DNA from: Archaeoglobus fulgidus DSM 4304
Lineage (GTDB): Archaea; Halobacteriota; Archaeoglobi; Archaeoglobales; Archaeoglobaceae
NCBI RefSeq assembly: GCF_000008665.1
Contig: NC_000917.1
Coordinates: forward strand, 1,230,001 to 1,262,000
Direction of reading: 5' to 3'
DNA length: 32,000 nt
Position 1 is the first letter of the stretch; each line of letters starts with the position of its first letter. The notes below the pieces were generated by a model. It saw only the letters and a list, made by a program, of their open reading frames with translations. It searched no databases and was not told the DNA's origin. The position numbers were made by a program, and so were the translations under genes. Below are positions 7,252 through 16,809 of this stretch, piece after piece.

Positions 7252-9198
7252 GTGAAAGAGTTCATAGAGGGGTTGATCAGGCTAACAGAGGTTGAGAGAG
7301 ATGCTCAGATTTCCGCAATGATGGATGAGATAAGGCGGTTGAGCGGAGAGAAGAGAGAAAGGAAGGGGAGGGCTGTTCTGGGGCTGAGAGGTAAGGTGGT
7401 TGGAGAAGAGCTTGGCTTCAAGCTTGTAAGGTACGGGAGGAGGAAAGCAATAGAGACCGAGATTTCTGTTGGAGATGAAGTGCTAATCAGCAGAGGTGAC
7501 CCGCTGAAAAGCGATTTGAGAGGAGTTGTGGTAGAGAAGGGGAGCAGATACCTTACCGTCTCTCTCGAATCCGTTCCGGAGTGGGCGCTGAGGGATGTAA
7601 GAATTGATTTGTATGCCAGCGACCTCACCTTCAAGAGGTGGATTGAAAACCTTGAGAATCTGACGGAAAATGGAAAGAGGGCGCTGAAATTTGCCCTTGG
7701 CCTTGAAGAGCCCTCCAAAACAGAATGTGAAGACTTCAAGCCTTTCGACTCTTCCTTAAACAGAGCGCAGCTCAAAGCTGTTGGCTGTGCCGTCTCAACT
7801 GACGACTTCTTCCTCATTCACGGCCCCTTTGGAACAGGAAAGACGAGAACAGTTGTTGAGGTGGTAAGGCAGCTCGTTAAGAGGGGTGAGAGAGTTCTCG
7901 TTACAGCTGAAAGCAACACCGCCGTTGACAACCTCGTTGAGCTTCTCTCAGACATGAAAATCGTCAGGCTCGGCCACCCTTCGAGGGTTGAGAAAAGGCT
8001 TAAGGAGCACACCCTTGCCTCCCTCGTCCTCAACCACCCCGATTACAAGAGGATTGAGGAAATTAAGGGGAAGATTGAGGAGATTGAAAGAAGAATGGAA
8101 AGGCTGACCAAGCCATCCCCCCAATTGAGGCGTGGTCTGAGCGATGAGGAGATTTTAAGGCTTGCCAGAAGCAACAGAGGGGCGAGAGGTGTTGCAGCTA
8201 AAAAAATAAGGTCGATGGCAGAGTGGATTGAGGCGAGAAAGGCTCTTGACCAGCTTTACACGGAGATGAAGGAAGAGGAGGAGAGAATCGTTAAGGAGAT
8301 CATTGAGGAGAGCGATGTTGTGATTTCGACAAACTCCTCCGCCTTTTTGCTCGAAGAAAGCTTTGATACTGCAGTAATTGACGAAGCAAGTCAGGCAACG
8401 ATTCCAAGCGTTCTAATACCAATAAACAGGGCGAGGAAGTTCATCCTTGCTGGAGACCACCGACAGCTCCCGCCAACGGTAATGAAGGCAGAGAAGCTTT
8501 CAGAGACTCTCTTCGAGAAGCTAATTGAGCTCTACCCTGAAAAATCCCAGCTTCTAAACGTTCAGTACAGGATGAATGAGAAACTGATGGAGTTTCCAAG
8601 CAGGGAGTTCTACGGCGGAAGGATAGTGGCGCATGAGAGCTGCACAGCGATAGCCTTAAGCCAGATAGCGAAGAGAGAGGCTGAGAAGCTGAGAGAGATA
8701 CTTGGAGATGAGCCCCTGGTGTTCATAGACACCTCAAAATGCAAGAACAGGTGGGAGGGAAAGCTTGCGGATTCAACGTCTAGGTACAACAGGCTTGAGG
8801 CAGAAATTGTGACAGAAATCGTTACCGAGTTGCTGAAAATGGGCTTAAAAAAGGAGCAGATTGGAGTTATAACCCCCTACGATGACCAGGTTGACCTGCT
8901 GAGGGAGAAGGTTGACGTGGAGGTCAGCAGCGTTGACGGATTTCAAGGGAGGGAGAAGGAGGTTATAATCATTTCATTCGTCAGAAGCAACAGGAAGAGA
9001 GAGATTGGCTTCCTTGATGACCTGAGAAGGCTGAACGTTTCACTGACGAGGGCGAGAAGGAAGCTGATAATGGTTGGCGATTCGGAAACTCTAAGTGTTA
9101 ATGGCACCTATGCAAGGCTGATAGATCACGTCAAAAGAAAGGGTGTTTACGTTGAGCTGGATAAAAATGGGAAGCTTGGTGGCAATCCGAAGGGCTGA
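7252..9198 (+). CDS. SF1 DNA/RNA helicase, UPF1/IGHMBP2/DNA2-like
   Basis: 648 aa, 'GPFGTGKTRTVVE' Walker A, 'VIDEASQATIPSVL', 'AGDHRQLPPTV', 'VSSVDGFQGREKEVIIISFVRSN', 'LTRARRKLIMVGD'. Confidence 0.93.
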   Translation: MKEFIEGLIRLTEVERDAQISAMMDEIRRLSGEKRERKGRAVLGLRGKVVGEELGFKLVRYGRRKAIETEISVGDEVLISRGDPLKSDLRGVVVEKGSRYLTVSLESVPEWALRDVRIDLYASDLTFKRWIENLENLTENGKRALKFALGLEEPSKTECEDFKPFDSSLNRAQLKAVGCAVSTDDFFLIHGPFGTGKTRTVVEVVRQLVKRGERVLVTAESNTAVDNLVELLSDMKIVRLGHPSRVEKRLKEHTLASLVLNHPDYKRIEEIKGKIEEIERRMERLTKPSPQLRRGLSDEEILRLARSNRGARGVAAKKIRSMAEWIEARKALDQLYTEMKEEEERIVKEIIEESDVVISTNSSAFLLEESFDTAVIDEASQATIPSVLIPINRARKFILAGDHRQLPPTVMKAEKLSETLFEKLIELYPEKSQLLNVQYRMNEKLMEFPSREFYGGRIVAHESCTAIALSQIAKREAEKLREILGDEPLVFIDTSKCKNRWEGKLADSTSRYNRLEAEIVTEIVTELLKMGLKKEQIGVITPYDDQVDLLREKVDVEVSSVDGFQGREKEVIIISFVRSNRKREIGFLDDLRRLNVSLTRARRKLIMVGDSETLSVNGTYARLIDHVKRKGVYVELDKNGKLGGNPKG

Positions 9199-9329
9199 GG
9201 AGTCAAACCGATTATTTAAAGCCTCGCCAATTATCTCAAGGCACGCTTAAGCAGAGGATCTTTGATAAAATCATCAAACCAAAATCGAAGGTAGCAATAA
9301 TTCTGATTAGGTAAAATCTACAAAAAACT

Positions 9330-10040
9330 TCAATCAACAATACCCATGCAGAGCTTCTCAAACTTCTCGTGCTCCAGAAGCTCGTTCGCAGTTCCGTTGA
9401 AAGCAACCCTACCGCTGACAAGCAGATAAGCATTATCGCTGATTTCTAAAGCTCTCTGCACATTCTGCTCGACCAGCAGGATTGTGAGCTTCAGGTCATC
9501 CCTCAGCTTCAGAATTCTGTCGAAGATTATCTCCGCAAACTTTGGCGATAGCTGAGCTGTTGGCTCATCCAGCATGAGAACGTTGGCCTTTCTCACCAGA
9601 GCTGTGGCCATTGCCAGCATCTGCCTCTCTCCACCGCTCAGCGTTCCAGCTTTCCTTTTCATGAAGGCCCTTAGCTCAGGGAAGGCATCGAGAGCTGCAT
9701 CAATCCTGTCCTTCACCTCTTCCTTGTCAACTGTGTAGGCGGCAATCTTCAGGTTCTCTTCAACAGTGAGGTTGGCGAAGACGTTGTCCGTCTGAGGGAG
9801 ATAGGCGATTCCCAGCTTTGTTCTTGTGTGGGGGGGCAGTGAGGTTATCTCTCCCCCGTTTAGGAAAACCTGTCCCGAGTGAACGGTGGCGAGGCCGAAA
9901 ATTGATTTGAGCAGCGTTGACTTTCCTGAGCCGTTAGGGCCAACTACCGCTGTAATTGAGTTCTTCTTTATGTCCGCATCCACATCGAAGAGGATGTGGA
10001 GTTCCTTATACCCCGCATTCAATTTCACTGTCCTGAGCAC
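9330..10040 (-). CDS. livF: Branched-chain amino-acid-type ABC transporter ATP-binding protein
   Basis: 236 aa, '[18 protein letters not shown]', '[15 protein letters not shown]', LivF-like. Confidence 0.9.
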   Translation of the reverse strand: MLRTVKLNAGYKELHILFDVDADIKKNSITAVVGPNGSGKSTLLKSIFGLATVHSGQVFLNGGEITSLPPHTRTKLGIAYLPQTDNVFANLTVEENLKIAAYTVDKEEVKDRIDAALDAFPELRAFMKRKAGTLSGGERQMLAMATALVRKANVLMLDEPTAQLSPKFAEIIFDRILKLRDDLKLTILLVEQNVQRALEISDNAYLLVSGRVAFNGTANELLEHEKFEKLCMGIVD

Positions 10041-10779
10041 CGAGATACACCTCCACCACTTTCGGATTGTTCAGGATGTCCTCCTCCTTGCCCTCTGCAA
10101 TCACACTGCCGTTGGCCATAACGTATATGTGGTCTGTGTATTTAAGCACTATGTCCAGCCTGTGCTCGACGATGAGAAAGCTGACACCCATCTTTTTAAG
10201 CTCAACGAACCTCTCAAGCATGCTGTGAGACAGAACTGGATTTACTCCTGCTATTGGCTCGTCCATTATAAGCAGCTTTGCATCCTTCATCATCGCCCTC
10301 GCCACTTCCAGCAGCTTCAGCTGCCCGCCACTCAGGTTTTGAGCTTCACTGTCCCACAGGTGGTCGAGCTTCAGGAATTCTAAAATCCTGAAGGCTTTCT
10401 CAACTATTTCCTCCTCCTCTTTCAGCCATCTGCCGCTCACTGAGTGAAAGATGCGCTCTCCGTATCCTTCAGGAGCTATCAGCAAGTTTTCGAGCACGGT
10501 CATCTTTTTCAGCGGCTGGGGGATCTGAAAGGTCCTGACTATGCCCAGTCTGCTGATTTCGTGGGGAGGCTTGTTGGTTATGTCCTTTCCCTCAAAGAAA
10601 ACCTTGCCCTCATCCGCTCTGTAGAAACCAGAAACGGTGTTGATGAAGGTCGTCTTTCCGCTGCCGTTTGGGCCGATGACGAGCGTTATACTGCCCTTTT
10701 CCACACCAATATTGACTCTGTTCAAAGCCTTGAGACCGTCAAAAAATTTGGAAAGATTTTGAGTTTGTAAAATCTTCAT
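10006..10779 (-). CDS. livG: Branched-chain amino-acid-type ABC transporter ATP-binding protein
   Basis: Walker A '[18 protein letters not shown]', '[17 protein letters not shown]', LivG-type 'IVRTFQIP'. Start set at [13 protein letters not shown] (10779), giving a 4-nt overlap with the upstream gene; the track start at 10830 looks too early. Confidence 0.9.
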   Translation of the reverse strand: MKILQTQNLSKFFDGLKALNRVNIGVEKGSITLVIGPNGSGKTTFINTVSGFYRADEGKVFFEGKDITNKPPHEISRLGIVRTFQIPQPLKKMTVLENLLIAPEGYGERIFHSVSGRWLKEEEEIVEKAFRILEFLKLDHLWDSEAQNLSGGQLKLLEVARAMMKDAKLLIMDEPIAGVNPVLSHSMLERFVELKKMGVSFLIVEHRLDIVLKYTDHIYVMANGSVIAEGKEEDILNNPKVVEVYLGAQDSEIECGV

Positions 10780-12053
10780 AGCCACTCTATCTTGTTTTCC
10801 GTGAACTTCCAAATGCCGGCAGTCTGCCACTTGCAGTCCTGAGTTACTTCGTAGATTGCGTAGTCACCGCTTGCTCTGTCATTCCACTCGTTGAGCTTTA
10901 TGTAACCCGAGACCGGCTTTACTCCGTACTCTCCCTTGCTGTACTTCTCCGTCACTTCGGGAATCTTGGCGTTCATAGCATCTGGATCGTAGCTGCCCTT
11001 CTCCTTAACGACCTCAATGTAGCTGAGAACCAGCACCCATGCCGCATCGTAGGCGTTTAGAGCGTACTGGTAGGGCGAATCTCCGAACCCTCTCTCCTTG
11101 TACTTCTTCGCCAGCTGCTCATAGGCTTCTCCTTTTGATTCGAAGAGCGTGCTCAGCATTCTGACTTTGCTCGCCTTGTCGCAGACTTCGAGCATTTTAT
11201 CGCTCAGCGCAGTACCATCGCAGCCCAGCCACAGGACGTTCAGCAGTGGGCTGTCATCCTTGGTCTGAGCGAGCATTGTCGCCGCCTCTTCGTAGCTGAA
11301 AGCTACAACGGCAACTTCTGAAGCGTCATACTTCTGGAGAGCGTCGTTCAGCTTGCTTTCGAGCGTCGCGATGTACGGGGAGAAGTCCGCCGGTGGTGGT
11401 GACGGATATTCTACCGGTTCGCCAACGATTTCAATTCCTGCTGCATCGAGCTTGGGTTTAATAGTCTCATAAAGCCCCTTACCCCAGTCGTTTCCGGTGT
11501 AGGTTATGATTACTGCCTTAATGCCAAGGTCCTTGAGTTCAGCCGTTATTGCGTCAGTCTGCAGGTCGTCAGTACCAACAAATCTGAAGATGTACTTCTT
11601 ATCTTCGGGCTTGGTAATTCCGAGGAGGCTGGGCAGCAATGTGGAAGACGGTGAGATTATTATTATTTTGTTTGACTGTACATACCCCTTTATATTGCTC
11701 ACTTCTCCGCTACCCATTGGCCCTATAACAAGGTTAATCCCTTTAGAATGCAGGCTCTGAATCTTTTCAAGAGCTATCTTTGGGTCAACCTTGGTGTCCT
11801 CGACGTAGAACTCCACAGTGTAGGGCAAACCCTTCTCCTCAAGATACGCGTTTATATCTTCCTTCGCAATTTCCAGCGTGTTCTTGATGCTGTTTCCGTA
11901 GGTTGTCAGCGGGCCGGAGAGGTCAATCATCACGCCTATTTTTATTGCTGTTTTCTGACCCTCCCCCGGCTTCTGCTCTGCTGGTTGTGCACAGAGCGCA
12001 AGCACTACAGCCATTAATACGGCCGCCAAAACTATTTTGTTCCCCCTTCGCAT
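10776..12053 (-). CDS. livJ: Branched-chain amino-acid-type ABC transporter substrate-binding lipoprotein
   Basis: 425 aa, lipoprotein-like signal 'AAVLMAVVLALCAQP', 'IKIGVMIDLSGPLTTYGNSIKN', periplasmic-binding-protein type 1 fold. Confidence 0.85.
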   Translation of the reverse strand: MRRGNKIVLAAVLMAVVLALCAQPAEQKPGEGQKTAIKIGVMIDLSGPLTTYGNSIKNTLEIAKEDINAYLEEKGLPYTVEFYVEDTKVDPKIALEKIQSLHSKGINLVIGPMGSGEVSNIKGYVQSNKIIIISPSSTLLPSLLGITKPEDKKYIFRFVGTDDLQTDAITAELKDLGIKAVIITYTGNDWGKGLYETIKPKLDAAGIEIVGEPVEYPSPPPADFSPYIATLESKLNDALQKYDASEVAVVAFSYEEAATMLAQTKDDSPLLNVLWLGCDGTALSDKMLEVCDKASKVRMLSTLFESKGEAYEQLAKKYKERGFGDSPYQYALNAYDAAWVLVLSYIEVVKEKGSYDPDAMNAKIPEVTEKYSKGEYGVKPVSGYIKLNEWNDRASGDYAIYEVTQDCKWQTAGIWKFTENKIEWL

Positions 12054-12103
12054 AGCGTTTATACAACGTTAAAATTTTAAAACTTTACTAAAGCTCGGAG
12101 TCT

Positions 12104-13042
12104 ATGGATACTATTTCATCTTTCGAGATCGTCAAAAATATTATCGAAGGGTCTCTCATATACTCCAACCTTCTCGTATTGCTGAGCATAGGGCTCACCA
12201 TTACCTACATAACTACGGCAGTTCCCAACTTCGCGCAGGGGAGCTTCGCAATATTTGGCTCATACGTGGCCCTGACCATGCTGAGGCTTTTTGGCATCCA
12301 CCCCTACGCTTCTTTGCCCGTTGCTTTTGCACTTGGCGGTTTGCTTGGCATTGCAACCTACATCCTCATCCTGCGCCCGCTCATCAGGCGCGGCGCCTCC
12401 GTAGTGATTTTGATGATTGCAACGCTGGCCTTTGACTTGATTCTCCTTGGCATTATTGGCTCATACTCTGAAACTCTCGCAACCATAACCAGAAAATCCG
12501 CCTCGAAGTTCACCTTTATCCCGACAGACTTCAAGATGTTTTCCTTCTCCGCCTCACTCTTCGTTTCTTCCCTGGTTATAATTATTGTTCTCGCATCACT
12601 CGTAACGCTGCTTTACAAAACAAAGTTCGGAGTTGCCCTGAGGGCCTCGATGGAGAACCCCGCTCTGGCTGAGGTGATGGGTGTCAATGTGGAGTACACG
12701 AGGCTCTTCTCGTGGTTTCTTTCAGGCGCTTTGGCTGCGATGGCGGGGTGTCTGCTGCCATTCAAGTACGAAATAGTTCCGAGCACGGGTGCAATCATCA
12801 TTGTCTCCATATTTGCTTCGAGCATTGTCGGGGGGCTTTCAACAATCTACGGAGCATTGCTCGGAGGCTACATAATAGGATTTTCGGAGACAAGTGTTAC
12901 TTACGCACTTTCCTCTGTGTTCGGAACAGGAGTTTTGCTCTACGGCAGAGTTGTTTCGTTGCTGGTGCTAGTCGCAACACTTATCCTCGCCCCCAAGGGC
13001 CTTACAGGTGTGAAGTGGAGGAGGTTGCTATGGAGCAGATAA
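12104..13042 (+). CDS. livH: Branched-chain amino-acid-type ABC transporter permease
   Basis: 312 aa polytopic; 'VPNFAQGSFAIFGSYVAL', 'ALRASMENPALAEVMGVNVEYTR', 'GGLSTIYGALLGGYIIG'. Confidence 0.9.
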   Translation: MDTISSFEIVKNIIEGSLIYSNLLVLLSIGLTITYITTAVPNFAQGSFAIFGSYVALTMLRLFGIHPYASLPVAFALGGLLGIATYILILRPLIRRGASVVILMIATLAFDLILLGIIGSYSETLATITRKSASKFTFIPTDFKMFSFSASLFVSSLVIIIVLASLVTLLYKTKFGVALRASMENPALAEVMGVNVEYTRLFSWFLSGALAAMAGCLLPFKYEIVPSTGAIIIVSIFASSIVGGLSTIYGALLGGYIIGFSETSVTYALSSVFGTGVLLYGRVVSLLVLVATLILAPKGLTGVKWRRLLWSR

Positions 13043-14061
13043 TACTCAACCTAGCACTATGGTTTGGTCTATACACAATCGTCAGCCTAAGCCTGAACAT
13101 AGAGTACGGATTCGCCGGAATCCCCAACTTTGGAAGAGCTTTAGCCGTGCTGATGGGAGCCTTTACGGTTGGAGGACTAGTCAACAGACTCCTGATGCTG
13201 GCCTTTAACATTCAGGGTGGGGAGCTCAAAGAAGCTACGGGCAGGCTGGCTTCCACTGTCAATGAGATTATAGCCAACAACCCGGCCTTCGGAATCGGGC
13301 TTATTCTGCTGTCCGTTGTTCTTGCGATGATAATAGGAGCCGTTACGGGAGCTCTCTTCATACTGCCGAGCGCGAAGCTCTCTGAAGACTATCTGGCCAT
13401 CACGCTGCTTGCAATAAGTGAGGTTGCTTTCATGGTTTTCTACTACCACACGGGGATAATCGGAGGCTATTACGGCGTTTCGGTTCCCGACGTCCTCGCC
13501 TTTCTGCCCGGACAGTACAGATCACACGCTTTTGCCGTGATAGCCCTCCTTTTTGCACTTTTGGTGTACATTTTTGTTGAGAGGCTGTTGAACTCCCCCT
13601 ACGGCAGACTTCTGAGGGCGATGAGGGAGAACGAGAGCGTCGTCGAGGCTATGGGCAAGAGCGTGATGACTCTGAGAATCAAAACCGCTGCAATCGGCTC
13701 ATCGATTGCGGCAATTGCAGGCGCTCTTTTCTCCCTTTACTCTGTCAACGTCATTGCAACGAGCTTTTCTAGGGTGGAGTGGACATTCTACCCCTTCCTG
13801 ATGGTTCTGCTTGGTGGGGCGGGTAACAACAGAGGTGTTGTGGTCGGAACCTTCACCTTCGTTCTTGTGAAGATATTGCTGACCATGTACAAGTACGAGA
13901 TAAAGAGCGCCCTGATGCTGCCCTTCGAGGCTGTTTGGCTGGAGTACATACTCTTCGGTCTGCTGATGTACTTCGTACTGCTTTACAGGCCAGAGGGGCT
14001 GATAAAGGAGAAACCAATATTTTCTAAAGTCATCCTGAAGAAGGTAAAAGGGAAGGCATGA
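13030..14061 (+). CDS. livM: Branched-chain amino-acid-type ABC transporter permease
   Basis: 'LSLNIEYGFAGIPNFGRALAVLMGAF', 'GRLLRAMRENESVVEAMGKSV', 'LMVLLGGAGNNRG'. Start set at MEQIILNLALW (13030); the track ORF from 12712 carries a spurious 106-aa extension over livH. Confidence 0.9.
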   Translation: MEQIILNLALWFGLYTIVSLSLNIEYGFAGIPNFGRALAVLMGAFTVGGLVNRLLMLAFNIQGGELKEATGRLASTVNEIIANNPAFGIGLILLSVVLAMIIGAVTGALFILPSAKLSEDYLAITLLAISEVAFMVFYYHTGIIGGYYGVSVPDVLAFLPGQYRSHAFAVIALLFALLVYIFVERLLNSPYGRLLRAMRENESVVEAMGKSVMTLRIKTAAIGSSIAAIAGALFSLYSVNVIATSFSRVEWTFYPFLMVLLGGAGNNRGVVVGTFTFVLVKILLTMYKYEIKSALMLPFEAVWLEYILFGLLMYFVLLYRPEGLIKEKPIFSKVILKKVKGKA

Positions 14062-14453
14062 ACGTTGAGTTTGTTAGGGATGAGGGTATAGCGATAGAGC
14101 TCAATGGCAGAAGTTACTACGTTAGGGCGTCCCACTTAGGAGTTAAAGATGGGAAGATACTGCTCTGCCTCGACTTCGCTGCCCCCACAGCCTTAGAGCC
14201 TGTCAAAACCTTCCTGAAAAGCTACTCAAAAATCAGGGGGGCGAGGTATGCGGTTTTGATCAGCGGTGAAGAAAGGTGGATTTACGACAACTATTTGGGG
14301 CGAGAAGTTGACGAGGTTGAGGAAAGAGTAGTGGAGGTTAGGGCTGAGGAGAAGGATTATAGACTTGCCGCAGCCTTCTACGCCTTAATCCACTGCGAGT
14401 GTGGTGTTGGAGATGAAGGTAATTGCCTTTGTGGGCTACCCCCTGAGTGGTAA
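14058..14453 (+). CDS. Conserved archaeal hypothetical protein, 131 aa, with C-terminal Cys/His cluster
   Basis: ATGA overlap with livM; ends 'HCECGVGDEGNCLCGLPPEW'. Confidence 0.7.
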   Translation: MNVEFVRDEGIAIELNGRSYYVRASHLGVKDGKILLCLDFAAPTALEPVKTFLKSYSKIRGARYAVLISGEERWIYDNYLGREVDEVEERVVEVRAEEKDYRLAAAFYALIHCECGVGDEGNCLCGLPPEW

Positions 14454-15372
14454 GAGCACCGCTGCAGAAGTTGCGAGGGAGCTTGGACTTCCTGTTGTCG
14501 TTATGGGCGATGTTGTCAGAGAAGAAGCTGCAAGAAGGGGGCTCGAGCTCACAGACGAGAATCTGGGGAAAGTGGCGAGGGAGCTGAGAGAGAAAGAGGG
14601 GATGGACGCGATAGCCAAGAGATGCATACCGAAAATCCGGGAGCTTCTGAAAGAGCATGGCGTGGTTGTTGTTGACGGAATAAGGGGAGTGGCTGAAGTA
14701 GAGAGGTTCAAAAAGGCTTTTGGTGATGATTTCGTCCTCATCGCCATCGAGTGTCCGCTGGAAGTTAGGTTTGAAAGAGTTAAGATGAGGAAGAGAAGCG
14801 ACGACGTTTCGAGCATTGAGGAACTGAAGGAAAGGGACAGGAGAGAGGAGAGTTGGGGGCTGAAAGAAGCGATGGAGATGGCAGACTTCACAGTGGAGAA
14901 TACGGGCAGCTACGAGGATTTCGTCGAGAAAATCAGGCAGATTCTGCTCAAGCTAGCAAAGAACGTTGAGATTGAAATCAGAACCAAGATTCATCCCACG
15001 GAAAGCGAGGACAAAGTTCTGAAAGCCATCAGAAACATTTTCCCAGATGCGGAGATAGAGATCAGCGAGGAGGGGGAGGTTTACGGCAGAGCTTACAGCC
15101 TTGATAGGTTCAGAGAACTGCTCAGAAAGCAGAGAATCCTCGACACCGCGAGGAGCGAAATACTTAAAGGTAGGAACGGGAAGGAGGTCACGATTTACCT
15201 GAACAAGCAGACGGCGACGGTTTCCAGAATCAACTTCTGCGATGAGAATGCAGTGCTGTCACCCATTAAGGTTACCTTCAGGCTGAACAACATTCCCTTT
15301 TCGAGATTTCTGGACTATATCGCTCCCGAGACAAAGGATGGGAGGCCTGTCAAGGAGATTGACAAGTTATGA
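14401..15372 (+). CDS. Fusion protein: UPF0200 nucleotide-kinase-like domain plus UPF0201 domain
   Basis: N-terminal 'FVGYPLSGKSTAAEVARELGLPVVVMGDVVREEAARRG' P-loop kinase; C-terminal 'VEIEIRTKIHPTESEDKVLKAIRNIFPDAEIEI' UPF0201-like. The likely start is the Met of MKVIAFVGYP. Confidence 0.85.
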   Translation: MVLEMKVIAFVGYPLSGKSTAAEVARELGLPVVVMGDVVREEAARRGLELTDENLGKVARELREKEGMDAIAKRCIPKIRELLKEHGVVVVDGIRGVAEVERFKKAFGDDFVLIAIECPLEVRFERVKMRKRSDDVSSIEELKERDRREESWGLKEAMEMADFTVENTGSYEDFVEKIRQILLKLAKNVEIEIRTKIHPTESEDKVLKAIRNIFPDAEIEISEEGEVYGRAYSLDRFRELLRKQRILDTARSEILKGRNGKEVTIYLNKQTATVSRINFCDENAVLSPIKVTFRLNNIPFSRFLDYIAPETKDGRPVKEIDKL

Positions 15373-15857
15373 ACGCAATTCACCGCATTCTGATGACAAC
15401 GGATGGCTCGATAACGGCGATTATTGAGGCTGTAACGCAGAAAAAGGTGGAGGTTGAGACGCTGGAGCAAAAGATTATCAGAGCTGACAGAGAGCTTGCA
15501 GAGCTCCTCGAAATAGATGAGGGGGATGAGGTGAACTACAGGGTTGTTTACCTCAGGGCAAATGGGGAGATATACGCCAAGGCCATCTCCTTCACACCCC
15601 TCAAAAGGCTCGAAAACAGCTTCAGGGAGGATTTGATGAGAGCAGACATCCCTATCGGAAAGATCATGAGAAAGCACAACATAGAGGCGAGGAGAGAGAT
15701 TAGGTGGAGCAGGGTTGAGGAGGCTGATTTAGCTCTCGCCAAGGAGCTTGGAATTGCCGATAGGAGAGTGATTTCAAGAAACTACAACATTATACACCGC
15801 GGGAAGGTTTTGATAAACATAACGGAGTTCTTTCCGATGGAGAGGTTCCGGATATAA
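15369..15857 (+). CDS. DUF98/chorismate pyruvate-lyase-like protein
   Basis: 162 aa, 'ILMTTDGSITAIIEAVTQKKVEVETLEQ...NYRVVYLRANGEIYAKAISFTPLKRL' with UTRA/UbiC-like architecture; ATGA overlap with the previous gene. Confidence 0.6.
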   Translation: MNAIHRILMTTDGSITAIIEAVTQKKVEVETLEQKIIRADRELAELLEIDEGDEVNYRVVYLRANGEIYAKAISFTPLKRLENSFREDLMRADIPIGKIMRKHNIEARREIRWSRVEEADLALAKELGIADRRVISRNYNIIHRGKVLINITEFFPMERFRI

Positions 15858-15874
15858 TTGAACTTTATCAAAAA

Positions 15875-16809
15875 TTACTTGTGAATGAGGTCAGCAACAA
15901 CCTCAATCGCCTCTGCAAGCCTGTATGAAGGTCGGTTTATTATGTCCGCATCGACGACGTAAACCCTCCCTTCCTTCACGGCCTTAATTCCGCTCAACCT
16001 GTCATCGCTTACAACCCACTCGTAAACGACGTCTTTTCCTCCACCCATCCCCGAGCCGCTGCTGACAATAATCACGTCTGGATTGGCTGCAATCAAGTCC
16101 TCAACACTCACTGTTCTCCAGCCATCAAAGTTAAAGACGTTCTCACCTCCAGCAAGCCTTATCACCTCATCGATGAACGTGTTCTTCCCGCTAACCCATA
16201 TCGGGTCATACCAAAGGATGTGGGCAACCCTGACTTCGGCTTGTCCTTCATACTCTCTCTAACCTTCTCAATCCTCTCAAGCATTTCTTGAACAAGCTTC
16301 GTGGCGTTCTCCTTCTCTCCAGTAGCTACTCCAATCAGAATAATGTCCTTCATCACATCCTCAACGCTTTTCGGGTCAAAGGCTATCACCGTCAAGCCCA
16401 TCCTTCTCAGCGTTTCTATGTTCTCGATTCCGTTGCCGTATGTGGCAACGACAAGGTCGGGTTTGAGGGAAACCACCTTCTCTATATTTATCGTCGTGTA
16501 TCCGCCAATGCTCACAAGCTCTCCCTTCTTCTTTTTTTCCACCACCTCGGGCGGGTAATTGCAGTAGTCCGTCACTCCCACAACCCTATCACCCGCACCA
16601 ATAGCGAAGAGAATTTCCGTGTTGCTTGGAGCGAGAGACACTATTCTCTGCGGATTTCCCTCGTTAATGGTGTAGCCTGTATCATCCACCGGTGTGGCGT
16701 TGAGAATTTCCGTTAGGTTGAAAGATGTATGCTCCTCCGCCGGTTTGGATGAGCAGAGAGGAAGAATGGCGGCGATTAAAAGTAAAAGTAAGATTGTGTG
16801 CTTCCTCAT
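15875..16809 (-). pseudogene. btuF: Corrinoid ABC transporter substrate-binding protein BtuF, interrupted by a single frameshift
   Basis: ORF 16162-16809 gives signal peptide plus 'NPQRIVSLAPSNTEILFAIGAGDRVVGVTDYCNYPPEV...SMKDKPK'; shifting frame near 16231-16237 gives 'RVAHILWYDPIWVSGKNTFIDEVIRLAGGENVFNFDGWRTVSVEDLIAANPDVIIV...' which continues as ORF 15875-16165. Confidence 0.88.

Noticed and set aside
12712-13029. N-terminal 106-aa extension of the livM ORF in the track
   Set aside because: It lies entirely within livH in another frame and has no transporter-like sequence; the LivM family starts at MEQIILNLALW (13030).
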